Virus record (IMG/VR): IMGVR_UViG_3300048582_000269
Coordinates: 1-46,824 of that record
Length of the DNA: 46,824 bases
Origin: a virus
Reading direction: 5' to 3' (one strand)
The notes under the pieces were generated by a model that saw only the letters and a program-made list of their open reading frames with translations, had not been told where the DNA came from and ran no database searches. A program made the position numbers and the translations under genes. This document shows positions 1 through 8,465 of the stretch, in pieces; positions within the stretch are counted from its first letter, which is position 1; every line of letters starts with the position of its first letter.

Positions 1-32
1 GGACAATAGATGTCCCATCTCCCTAAAAAATA
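1..32. repeat. Terminal direct repeat, copy 1 (circular-closure overlap)
   Basis: ggacaatagatgtcccatctccctaaaaaata is identical (32/32) to 46793-46824. Confidence 0.95.
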
Positions 33-37
33 AAACT

Positions 38-337
38 ATGAAAACACTAAAAAAAATCATCCTTTGGATTTATGCAACAAACGCTGACAGACATGTATTT
101 TTAATAGGTACGCCAGTAGCATTGTTGTTTCTGAAACTGTTATTTCTAAGCGATTCATTCAGAAACAACACACACTTTCTTTTCCATGCTTTTGTGGCTG
201 CTATTCCTGCAGTACTTGCAGGTTATGCGTGGGAAAAGTTTCAAAAGAAACAATTCAATGCCACAATGAACGAACTAGACATTTGGATTTGTGGACTTGG
301 TGGACCAATTGCAGTAATTATTTTAAACTATTTATAA
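38..337 (+). CDS. Small polytopic membrane protein, function unknown
   Basis: 99-aa ORF with several hydrophobic segments. It starts 11 nt after the stop (24-26 = 46816-46818) of the last fibre-module ORF, across the junction. Confidence 0.5.
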   Translation: MKTLKKIILWIYATNADRHVFLIGTPVALLFLKLLFLSDSFRNNTHFLFHAFVAAIPAVLAGYAWEKFQKKQFNATMNELDIWICGLGGPIAVIILNYL

Positions 338-880
338 ATGAACCAACTCTCGCCGGTTGAAATACGTTCACATTTAATACCATTTCTTTTCAAAGAATTT
401 GAAGGGAAAGAAGCCAACTATATGGGTACCCAAGTCTCATCCATTAGGTTCACTCCCTCCTCCTCTATTTCCAAATATCTGTACACGCAAATTGACTATC
501 AAAAAAAACGAGAACGCCAGGATCAGTTTCTTTTGTATCTAACTGTCGAAAAGAAAAAACGCTTGCAATATAAAGGTGTAGTTTATATTGATCAGCAAGG
601 CGTAAAATCGGCACTACTCATGTTGCCGGAACGCATCAAAGCTTTCAATGATTTGATTGAAGATATATTCCGCATATCATTTATTTATTACATAGATGCC
701 AGCCTTGACAACAAAGGAAGTTTAAAAGAAAGCATCGACAAATTTATCGACAAATATGATCTGTTGGAATTTGGTTTTGACAACGAATCGCTTCGCAGGT
801 TGTACTACCGTCAAAAAAAAACTAAAAAACTTACTCGCCTTCAGTACCAAAGTTCCAACCAGGTGCACAACTACTGTTAA
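338..880 (+). CDS. Hypothetical protein
   Basis: 180-aa ORF that abuts the previous stop. No motif recognised. Confidence 0.5.
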   Translation: MNQLSPVEIRSHLIPFLFKEFEGKEANYMGTQVSSIRFTPSSSISKYLYTQIDYQKKRERQDQFLLYLTVEKKKRLQYKGVVYIDQQGVKSALLMLPERIKAFNDLIEDIFRISFIYYIDASLDNKGSLKESIDKFIDKYDLLEFGFDNESLRRLYYRQKKTKKLTRLQYQSSNQVHNYC

Positions 881-882
881 AC

Positions 883-920
883 CATGTCACTGATTTTCAT
901 TGTTTAACAAAATACATTCG
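883..920 (+). promoter_or_regulatory. Late-promoter-like element, copy 1 (CATGTCAC-N22-TACATTCG)
   Basis: AACCATGTCAC lies directly after the stop of the 338-880 ORF. A -7-like octamer starts 30 nt downstream. The first ATG is at 954. Confidence 0.55.
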
Positions 921-953
921 TATAAAATTTAATAACAATTTAAAAACAGCAAT

Positions 954-1382
954 ATGGCAAATGTAATGTACAATTCGGCTAAAAGAGATTTTTTAAAAGC
1001 CGTTATTAACTGTGAAACCGATACAATAAAAGTGATGCTAGTTGGGGCAGGATACACTTTTGACATTGACGCACATCAAAAACGCTCACATGTTATAGCT
1101 CACGAAATAACAGGAGCAGGCTATACAGCTGGCGGTGTAGCTTTAGCAAACAAAACAGTAACTATTGATACTGACACAGACAAAGCAATTTTTAATGCTG
1201 ATGATCCGGTGATTCCAAACGCAACAATTCCTGGAGCTGTTGGTGCAGTTGTTTATAAATCGAGAGGCGGTGCTGCAAGTGCCGATGAATTGATTTGTTA
1301 CAATCAATTTCCTGAACCTGCATTTAGCACCAACGGAAACTTTGTTATTAACATTGCTCCTATTGGAGTTTTACAATTCTAA
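954..1382 (+). CDS. Hypothetical virion-associated protein
   Basis: 142-aa ORF, first gene after a late-promoter-like element. Gly/Ala/Thr-rich beta-type sequence, located in the fibre-accessory block. Confidence 0.5.
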   Translation: MANVMYNSAKRDFLKAVINCETDTIKVMLVGAGYTFDIDAHQKRSHVIAHEITGAGYTAGGVALANKTVTIDTDTDKAIFNADDPVIPNATIPGAVGAVVYKSRGGAASADELICYNQFPEPAFSTNGNFVINIAPIGVLQF

Positions 1383-1387
1383 CAAAT

Positions 1388-2215
1388 ATGATAACAGATC
1401 CAAAAGATTTACTAAAGGCACTTGGAAATAATTCAAGTAGAGTTTTAATAGACAAGCCTTCGGTAGCTAACCAAACAGCGGGAAATTACACTTCGCTTTG
1501 GCGTGCAACAGGTCAACCCGGTCAAGGAGCCATTCCAACAGCTGCAGCAGTTCCTACTTCTGCGACACTTGGATCTATGCAATTTGCTAATCAAGTAGAA
1601 CCCGCAAAAAGTTATTTTGGATGGGCCGCTTATAATTGTCAAATTGGTGGTAACGCTATTGAAATTCACGACCGCTTGGCACACATGGGAGGTTTACTTT
1701 TAAACTCAACCGCAGTTCAAAATGCAAACATTGACCTTGAAACTTTAGGAGTTGCCGCTGATAGAATTGGTGAGGCAAATTATAGCGATGTAACTTGGTT
1801 TTTAGAGGTGTACGCCGATGGTGGTGCCACAGCCTCCAACGCAACAATCAATGTTACTTATGATGATGGCACCACCGGAAACTTATTGTCGCTTGCTGTT
1901 GGTGGAACATTAAGAACTTCAAGAATGATTCCTTTGGATATTTTAAGACCGGCAGCAGCTTCGGGAAAAAACATTAAGGGAATTAATACAGTTCAAAATT
2001 CCGCGTCCACAGGCACTGCAGGTAACTTTGGATTTACAGCAACCAGACAACGAACAACATTGCCAACACATGTTGCTTTCAAATTTGAAGTAGCAAAATG
2101 GGCAGAAATGGGTTTCCCAAATATTCCAAATGATTCTTGTGTAGTACCTATGATTTTTTGTACTGCTACAACATCAGGAATAGTTAAATTATATGGCAAA
2201 ATAGCACATGGATAG
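1388..2215 (+). CDS. Hypothetical structural protein (fibre-accessory block)
   Basis: 275-aa ORF tightly packed with its neighbours. No catalytic motif seen. Confidence 0.5.
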   Translation: MITDPKDLLKALGNNSSRVLIDKPSVANQTAGNYTSLWRATGQPGQGAIPTAAAVPTSATLGSMQFANQVEPAKSYFGWAAYNCQIGGNAIEIHDRLAHMGGLLLNSTAVQNANIDLETLGVAADRIGEANYSDVTWFLEVYADGGATASNATINVTYDDGTTGNLLSLAVGGTLRTSRMIPLDILRPAAASGKNIKGINTVQNSASTGTAGNFGFTATRQRTTLPTHVAFKFEVAKWAEMGFPNIPNDSCVVPMIFCTATTSGIVKLYGKIAHG

Positions 2216-3056
2216 TTATTTTAAAGGAACAGATTTAATTGATGGCGGTTCTACAATTTGGTTTGAAGAGTCGCCTGCATCTGTTATTTTAATCAATGAC
2301 TTTTTTGAATTAAGCACTATCGTTGATGCAAACGTATCGCTAGAACTTGCCGAAGCAACCATGGAGGTATTGCAAGCAACTGCTTCCGGTTCTGCAAATG
2401 TTTCTGCAACACTAGCAGAAGCTACTTTTGAAGCGTTTCAAGCCACTGCTTCAGGTTCCGCAAATGTGCAAGCCGAACTTGCCGAAGCACTAATTGAAGG
2501 ACTACAAGCAAATGCTTCCGGTTCCGCAATCGTTGCTATTGAAATTGCGGAGGCAATTATTGAAGCTTTGCAAGCAAACGCCATCGGAAATGCCAACGCA
2601 ACACTAGACATTGCCGAAGCTACCTTTGAAGCTTTCCAAATGAACGTTACCATCGAAGGTGGCGTAGAAGTTTTTCTAGAACTGGCAGAAGCTACAATCG
2701 AAGCATTGCAAATGACTGCTTCGGGCGAAGCAAATGTGCAAATGGATTTTGCCGAAGCAACCATTGAAGCATTACAAGCCTCTGCTTCCGGCGATGCAAA
2801 TGTACAAGCAGAAATTGCCGAAGCCTATTTTACCAACGGAACAATCAGGCTTTTTGACCTTTCGCAATTTAAACAGGTAAATGTAGCATCAAAAATTACC
2901 GAAGATTTATTTGTTAGTTCCGTGGTTGGTTCCGGCTTTGCTCGAAGCTCTTCCATTACCACAGAACTTAACGCCTATTCAATTGTTTCAACAGAAATAA
3001 ATGCACAATCAAAAGTTACAACAGCTATTAACTTAACGTTTTTAATCAATGGATAA
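2208..3056 (+). CDS. Tandem-repeat protein (7.5 copies of a 22-aa LAEATxEAxQAxASGSANV unit)
   Basis: 282-aa ORF. The repeat is obvious in both protein and DNA. The start overlaps the upstream ORF by 8 nt. Confidence 0.7.
   Translation: MDSYFKGTDLIDGGSTIWFEESPASVILINDFFELSTIVDANVSLELAEATMEVLQATASGSANVSATLAEATFEAFQATASGSANVQAELAEALIEGLQANASGSAIVAIEIAEAIIEALQANAIGNANATLDIAEATFEAFQMNVTIEGGVEVFLELAEATIEALQMTASGEANVQMDFAEATIEALQASASGDANVQAEIAEAYFTNGTIRLFDLSQFKQVNVASKITEDLFVSSVVGSGFARSSSITTELNAYSIVSTEINAQSKVTTAINLTFLING
2328..2831 (+). repeat. 66-bp in-frame tandem repeat array (about 7.5 units)
   Basis: Consecutive 66-nt units begin gcaaa(c/t)gt... and end ...gcttc(c/a)ggttc(t/c). One unit is 72 nt. 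Confidence 0.9.
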
Positions 3057-3345
3057 AATATATTTAGGTCAGGACTTTCCAATAAACGTGACCATGGAAA
3101 ATATTGCAGATTTGTCGGGAGCGACAGATTTTAAAATACATCGTCGTGACCCGGACGGTATTTTAAAATCAGATTTAAACTTGTCGGTTGTAGATCTATC
3201 GCAAGGTAAACTAGTATTTCTTTCAGTTGCCAAAGAATTTAATATGATTGGCGAGTGGAACTGTTGGACTTCCTATGTCAATGCTCAGGGATTAGACAAA
3301 ATAGGAAGCCCTTTTACTGTAGAAATACACAAGCCGGGAACCTAA
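3049..3345 (+). CDS. Hypothetical small beta-rich protein (possible Ig-like accessory domain)
   Basis: 98-aa ORF that overlaps the upstream stop by 8 nt. It is the last gene of its transcription unit. Confidence 0.5.
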   Translation: MDKIYLGQDFPINVTMENIADLSGATDFKIHRRDPDGILKSDLNLSVVDLSQGKLVFLSVAKEFNMIGEWNCWTSYVNAQGLDKIGSPFTVEIHKPGT

Positions 3346-3351
3346 GTTAAC

Positions 3352-3389
3352 CATGTCACAAACAAGAGCTTTTGTTGGTTGTACTTTCG
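3352..3389 (+). promoter_or_regulatory. Late-promoter-like element, copy 2 (CATGTCAC-N22-TACTTTCG)
   Basis: TTAACCATGTCAC lies 4 nt after the stop of the 3049-3345 ORF. The octamer starts 30 nt downstream. The first ATG is at 3410. Confidence 0.55.
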
Positions 3390-3409
3390 TGTAAAATAAC
3401 TTACACGCT

Positions 3410-3589
3410 ATGGAAGATATGAAAATTTACGGCGGGTTCTTAATAACCTTTCTGTTTACGTTTACAACTGCCGACGCTTTTTTAAAATTTTGTCTGACAG
3501 CAGTTTTCATCGGTTACACCTCCCACAAATGGTATTTGATGTGGCAGGATAGAAAAAACAATAAAGTGAAAAAGGATGAAGAAGATTAA
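3410..3589 (+). CDS. Holin-like small membrane protein (59 aa, below the ORF-track cutoff)
   Basis: Hand translation: MEDMKIYGGFLITFLFTFTTADAFLKFCLTAVFIGYTSHKWYLMWQDRKNNKVKKDEED. It has two hydrophobic segments and a highly charged C-terminus, and is the first ORF of the lysis unit. Confidence 0.45.
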   Translation: MEDMKIYGGFLITFLFTFTTADAFLKFCLTAVFIGYTSHKWYLMWQDRKNNKVKKDEED

Positions 3590-3959
3590 ACATTTTTTAC
3601 AACAGTACGACGGCATTTGGAGCGTTCCATTGGCGTTTATGGGTTTTTGGTTGCTAGGTATCACCTTGCAATTTTTTGACATGAGTGCAGGAAGCTATGA
3701 TATTGCATTCATTCAACCATTAGCATTGGCAATGGCAATAGTTATTGGAGCTACCAATGCAGCGGTTTTAGGATTGTACTTCACATTCCGTGGGATATTT
3801 AGGTTTCTATACGGAAGTCACGACGAATCAGGCAAGCTAATCAACAAATCAAAAGACGAATGGGAAAACTTAACGGCTTTTCAAAAGTTCGGAATATCAT
3901 TTATGGTATTCTTTTATTTTTCATATTTGGTTGTTCACGTATATCTGAAAATGATATAG
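3576..3959 (+). CDS. Three-TMD membrane protein, holin/antiholin candidate
   Basis: 127 aa with three hydrophobic helices. It overlaps the 59-aa ORF by 14 nt and sits immediately upstream of the endolysin. Confidence 0.5.
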   Translation: MKKIKHFLQQYDGIWSVPLAFMGFWLLGITLQFFDMSAGSYDIAFIQPLALAMAIVIGATNAAVLGLYFTFRGIFRFLYGSHDESGKLINKSKDEWENLTAFQKFGISFMVFFYFSYLVVHVYLKMI

Positions 3960-4546
3960 CCAAAGAGCTCGCCGTTAATACAGAAGTAACTTCTGTACTT
4001 AGCGACGTTAGTACAGAACCTCTTGAAACAATTCCTGCACAAGAATCTATTCTTGAAATTGAGGAAGTGGTGCAAGCTCCGGTTCAAATGACCTTGCCCG
4101 AAATCTATCTTTCACAAGTTGGCGTTCGCGAAGCTACCGGAAGAAACGACGGTCCCGAAGTGGAAATGTATTTAAAAGCCGTAAATCTTGGCAAAGGCAA
4201 AGCTTGGTGTTCTGCATTTGTAGCTTGGAGCTTAAATGAAGCTGAGATTCCACACAGAATAAACGCCTGGTCTCCTACTGCCGAAAATAGATCTAATTTT
4301 ATTTACAGAACTCGAAGCTTTGTCAAAGAGCCACAAGCCGGTGATGTTTTTACTATTTGGTATACCAAACTAAAACGCATCGGTCACACAGGCTTTTATC
4401 ATGCCAATCAAAACGAGAGCATCATTATAACAGTTGAAGGAAACACCAACGAAGCAGGAAGTCGAGAAGGTGATGGAGTTTACAAGAAATACCGCAGTTT
4501 GAAAACTATTCACTCCATCAGTCGATGGGAAAAACTACTACCATGA
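3860..4546 (+). CDS. CHAP-domain peptidoglycan hydrolase (endolysin) with a possible lipoprotein signal
   Basis: CHAP-type Cys (KAWCSAFVAW), His (IGHTGFY) and EGNTN motifs. The N-terminus GILLFFIFGCS looks like a lipobox. An alternative start at Met77 (4088) would give the CHAP domain alone. Confidence 0.85.
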   Translation: MGKLNGFSKVRNIIYGILLFFIFGCSRISENDIAKELAVNTEVTSVLSDVSTEPLETIPAQESILEIEEVVQAPVQMTLPEIYLSQVGVREATGRNDGPEVEMYLKAVNLGKGKAWCSAFVAWSLNEAEIPHRINAWSPTAENRSNFIYRTRSFVKEPQAGDVFTIWYTKLKRIGHTGFYHANQNESIIITVEGNTNEAGSREGDGVYKKYRSLKTIHSISRWEKLLP

Positions 4547-5187
4547 AAAAAACAATTTTAATACTTTCAATATTCCTTTTGTTTAGTTGCGGAACCAAAA
4601 CCAAAACTAAAACAGAATCTTCCAGAGAAACCGAATTAAAACAAACGGCAAAAGCTATCGATTCTGCTCAAAAAATCGATTTACTTATTTCTAAAAAAGT
4701 AGAAGAGCGATTAACCGAAATAAGAGAGCAAACCAAAGTCACCGAAAAAACAGATGCAGAAGACAAGACTGTTACCACCACCACAGAAATTCAGGTAGAC
4801 AAGCCGGCAACTATTACGCTGTCCGACGGCCGCGTGTTGAATATTGATACAGGAAGAATTACCGAAACAAAAACAACTACCAATACCAAAAAAGCTACCG
4901 AGAATATTCGGAATAGGAATATTGAAATTTCAGAAAAAGCAGAGAAACAAATTGATGAAACCAATATGCAGATTGACACGAAAAAAATTGTCAAGGAAAT
5001 TTTAACTGAAATAAATACTCAGGAAGTAGATAAAGCTTCAGAGAATATTCAAAAAGGATGGAAGCCAGGCTTTTGGTTTTGGTTCTGGATAGTGTTGATT
5101 ATTTTATTAATCATCGCCTTTTTTGTATTTAGGAAATGGCTCGCAATTCAGTTCCCTTTTCTAAGAGTTTTCAAGATATTCAAATAA
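4543..5187 (+). CDS. Unimolecular-spanin candidate (N-terminal lipoprotein signal plus C-terminal TMD)
   Basis: ATGA start/stop coupling with the endolysin. MKKTILILSIFLLFSCG is a lipobox. The middle is long and charged, rich in Thr/Lys/Glu. The C-terminus has a GFWFWFWIVLIILLIIAFFVF TMD. The ORF track lists a start at 4525. Confidence 0.55.
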   Translation: MKKTILILSIFLLFSCGTKTKTKTESSRETELKQTAKAIDSAQKIDLLISKKVEERLTEIREQTKVTEKTDAEDKTVTTTTEIQVDKPATITLSDGRVLNIDTGRITETKTTTNTKKATENIRNRNIEISEKAEKQIDETNMQIDTKKIVKEILTEINTQEVDKASENIQKGWKPGFWFWFWIVLIILLIIAFFVFRKWLAIQFPFLRVFKIFK

Positions 5188-5208
5188 ACCACCTAGTGTG
5201 GTTTTTTT
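5186..5208 (+). terminator. Rho-independent terminator after the lysis cassette
   Basis: aaaccac-ctagt-gtggttt stem-loop followed by a T-run. Confidence 0.7.
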
Positions 5209-5333
5209 AATGCTTGTTTTTATAGAAAAACCTATTCAATGCAGCTCCTGCAATTATCACAATCACCAATAAAACAATTTCGTACCATTCCATGCTCCAA
5301 ATATAGTAAATCTTTCGATTTCCTTTTAAAAAC

Positions 5334-5371
5334 CATGTCACATAAGGAATTGTACTAATTCATCAACTTCG
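5334..5371 (+). promoter_or_regulatory. Late-promoter-like element, copy 3 (CATGTCAC-N22-CAACTTCG)
   Basis: AAAACCATGTCAC motif. The octamer starts 30 nt downstream. The first ATG is at 5386. Confidence 0.55.
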
Positions 5372-5385
5372 TTAAAAATTAAGAG

Positions 5386-6279
5386 ATGAAAGTAAATCCA
5401 CTATTAAATGAGATATGCAAAGGAACTTGGTTCATGCATATTCCTGCTTTGGAAATTTACGGTGTGTTGGCTCACAAGTTGGTAAGCGGCGAACAAATCA
5501 CGATGCCAACCAACCAGGAACCTAAATCATTAATCAATTATTATAGCGAAAACGGTTCAAGGGTTCGTCCCAATGCAGATGGCGAAATGGTACTGCCTAA
5601 AAACAGTGTTGCCGTAGTTGATATGATTGGAGCCATTATTAAATATGGCGATTGGTGTACCTATGGTGCCGACGAAATTGTAGGGGCTCTTTTTGCAGCC
5701 GACAGAAATCCAAACGTTGCAGCCATTGTTCTAAATGTTGACGGTCCCGGAGGATCTGTTTCTGCAATCGCACCTTTCAAAGATTTTGGAGCAAAAAAAA
5801 CCAAGCCGGTTATAGGCTTATACGATCAATGTTGTTCCGCACATTTATACAGTATGTTGGTTTGTTCCGATTATGTCATGGCATCCAACGACATTTCGGC
5901 TACCATTGGCTCTATTGGAGTGGTGTTATCATGGCGGGACAACAAAAAATATTTAGAATCATTGGGTTACGAGTTCCATGAAGTCTACCCAGACGAATCT
6001 GAACACAAAAACGAAGCGTTTCGTTTGGCGATGGAAGGAAACTATGAATTGATCAAACAGGAAATGCTTTCTCCTCTTGCCGTAAACTTTCAAAATGCTG
6101 TAAAAGCAGCTCGTCCAAATTTAAAAGTAAACGAACCCGGACTGTTAACCGGGAAAACATTCTTTACAGACAAAGCCATTGGGTTAGGTCTTGCAGACGG
6201 AATGGGAAGCTTAACAGACGCCATTAATTTGGCCTTACTCATGAGTGATATGAAATCGCTAAATAAAAACAAGTATTAA
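5386..6279 (+). CDS. S49-family (SppA/ClpP-fold) prohead protease
   Basis: NVDGPGGSV and CCSAHLYS motifs typical of S49 peptidases. Lies immediately upstream of the capsid gene, as in lambda gpC-type modules. Confidence 0.8.
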   Translation: MKVNPLLNEICKGTWFMHIPALEIYGVLAHKLVSGEQITMPTNQEPKSLINYYSENGSRVRPNADGEMVLPKNSVAVVDMIGAIIKYGDWCTYGADEIVGALFAADRNPNVAAIVLNVDGPGGSVSAIAPFKDFGAKKTKPVIGLYDQCCSAHLYSMLVCSDYVMASNDISATIGSIGVVLSWRDNKKYLESLGYEFHEVYPDESEHKNEAFRLAMEGNYELIKQEMLSPLAVNFQNAVKAARPNLKVNEPGLLTGKTFFTDKAIGLGLADGMGSLTDAINLALLMSDMKSLNKNKY

Positions 6280-6296
6280 TCAAATCTATTTAAACT

Positions 6297-8456
6297 ATGA
6301 AATGGAAATTTTTAGGAGGAACGGTGGCAAAGCTTCTTGCTTTCTTAACATTAACCGAGCTACCGATTAACGCACAAAGTAAAGAAGTAGCCTTTACTGC
6401 CGAACAAGAGGACAAATTGAACGCAGCATTAACTGCCGAAAAAGTGGCCGAATTGAAACAAGCTTTGAACAAAGAAATCAAAGCAATGGACGATGACTCA
6501 TTAGAATGGAAAGCCATTCAAGATGAAATCGATGCCATGGTGAAAGAAAGCGGTTTAACAGCCGAAGAAATTAAAACAGCTGCAGGAGCTAGAGATGGCG
6601 ACCCTGATATGGCTGCTAAAGTAAAAGCTTTGTCTAACAAAATAGCAAAGTATGAATCAGACTTTAACAAAATGGTGGGAGAAGCATTGCAAGACATGCC
6701 GGAAGCCGTTATTAAAAAAGCAGGTCAAATGGCTGTAAAACATTCAGATTCGCACCTTTTTGCATCGGGCAAAGACTACGATGCTTTGGACAGACCTTGG
6801 AATAAAAAGGCTGCCGCTATGGCAAACGGTGTTATTAGCATTAGTGCTACCGACTTTACCAACCAGCCAACAGTACAAAAGTTAAACGATGACTTAGAAT
6901 TGTACTACCGCGAAAATCCAACAGAATTAAAATCATTAACTCGCGATAGCTATGGTTTACCATCCTTCTGGCCTACCCGCACAAAAGTTGATGACAAAGT
7001 AGCTGACGGATCTATCGCAACTGCCGAAATTTCGCAAGCTCGCAAATTGCCTTGGTTGCCTAAAAACAGACAAACGATTCAAGCGGAAGAAGGTCAAATT
7101 TTCCCAATCCAAATCGACATCGAATTTGTTGGTTACTTCCTTCAAAAAATTGAAGCATCTTGGTTAAACATGATGAACAAAGAAGGTTCGCAACCCTACA
7201 AAGAATCGTTTGTAAAATACCTGGTTTCTGAAATCGACAAAAAAGCGAGAATCGAAGACCGTATTGCTACAATTAAAGGAATCTTTGTAAATACTCCTGA
7301 AGATGCTACCGAAGGTGGAAGATATTTAAACCGTCAAAACGGACTTTTGTACTTGTTACACAAAGCTCGTGAAATAACTAAAAAATATCGTGCATTTGAT
7401 TTAGGATTACCAACAACCACAAACATTGTGGATTATGTTGATAATATGATCAAAGCATTGCCACAAGACGTTCGCGAAACACAAGGGTTAGTATTCTACT
7501 TGTCTGACGAGTGGTTAAGAGCCTACAAACGTAGAAGCGAAGTGTTGTTTGGCTTAAACAACGATTATTCAGGCTATCCAACCAATCCAAAAGATTATCC
7601 TAACGTTCGTTTTGAACGATTAATCGATATGGCCGGATTAGACTTCATGTTCATCACATTTGATGATAACATTGAGTTGTTGGAAAACGTACCTGCAGAG
7701 AAATCAATGTACAAATTTGAGTACTTGTTACGTAAAATGTACATCTGGGCTGACTATAAAATGGGTGTTCGATTACTTCACATTGGTAACACTGTAGAAG
7801 AAGGAGATCCATTAGAATTTGCTGTACAAACAGTATGGTCAAACACAGCTCCAATCTTTACTCCAGATACATTCATCCCTGTGCACGAAGATGCAACTAC
7901 AAAAATTACTTTGGCTTACAACAATGTGTATGTAACCAAAGATAGAACCAGCACAATTACCGACATTACCAATTACGCAGACTACAAAGGTCAAGTAATC
8001 AAAATCAAAGGAAATGTATTGCTTGCTGGTGCTTTAAACGTTGTTGATGATCCTGCAAAAATCAATTTGGCTTCCAACTTCGATTTAAAATCAGGAGGAA
8101 CCTTGACACTATATGTTCCTGAAACAGGTGTGCCAATTGAAATTGCCAGAACTGTAGCTCCTGAAACAGCCGTTACAGCAGATGTTAGCTTTGCAACAGC
8201 CGCAATTGATGCAAACTTAGGTAATGTATTTAGATACAGTGGCGGTACTGACTTGGCTGTAACTAGCATCATCAATGGTGTGCCTGGAAAAACTATTAGA
8301 ATTTACGGAAACGATATTCTAAACGTGAATGTAACCTTCTCAACAGTAAACAATATTGTAATGACTTCTGCGGCTGACTTAGACACTGCACTTCATTACG
8401 TAGAGTTAACGTTAATTGATGGTTTATGGAGAGAAACTAAACGTGTAATCGTATAA
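6297..8456 (+). CDS. Major capsid protein candidate, unusually large (719 aa) with a scaffold-like N-terminus and extra C-terminal domains
   Basis: Position directly after the protease. The N-terminal ~150 aa are coiled-coil and charged, like a delta domain or scaffold. The C-terminal ~160 aa are beta-rich. Confidence 0.6.
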   Translation: MKWKFLGGTVAKLLAFLTLTELPINAQSKEVAFTAEQEDKLNAALTAEKVAELKQALNKEIKAMDDDSLEWKAIQDEIDAMVKESGLTAEEIKTAAGARDGDPDMAAKVKALSNKIAKYESDFNKMVGEALQDMPEAVIKKAGQMAVKHSDSHLFASGKDYDALDRPWNKKAAAMANGVISISATDFTNQPTVQKLNDDLELYYRENPTELKSLTRDSYGLPSFWPTRTKVDDKVADGSIATAEISQARKLPWLPKNRQTIQAEEGQIFPIQIDIEFVGYFLQKIEASWLNMMNKEGSQPYKESFVKYLVSEIDKKARIEDRIATIKGIFVNTPEDATEGGRYLNRQNGLLYLLHKAREITKKYRAFDLGLPTTTNIVDYVDNMIKALPQDVRETQGLVFYLSDEWLRAYKRRSEVLFGLNNDYSGYPTNPKDYPNVRFERLIDMAGLDFMFITFDDNIELLENVPAEKSMYKFEYLLRKMYIWADYKMGVRLLHIGNTVEEGDPLEFAVQTVWSNTAPIFTPDTFIPVHEDATTKITLAYNNVYVTKDRTSTITDITNYADYKGQVIKIKGNVLLAGALNVVDDPAKINLASNFDLKSGGTLTLYVPETGVPIEIARTVAPETAVTADVSFATAAIDANLGNVFRYSGGTDLAVTSIINGVPGKTIRIYGNDILNVNVTFSTVNNIVMTSAADLDTALHYVELTLIDGLWRETKRVIV

Positions 8457-8465
8457 TTTTAGATC

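Noticed and set aside
2438-2764. A 108-aa - strand ORF antisense to the tandem-repeat gene.
   Set aside because: It lies entirely within the 66-bp repeat array of a longer + strand ORF. Its periodic Ala/Ser-rich sequence is simply the mirror of the repeat. It has no independent start context.
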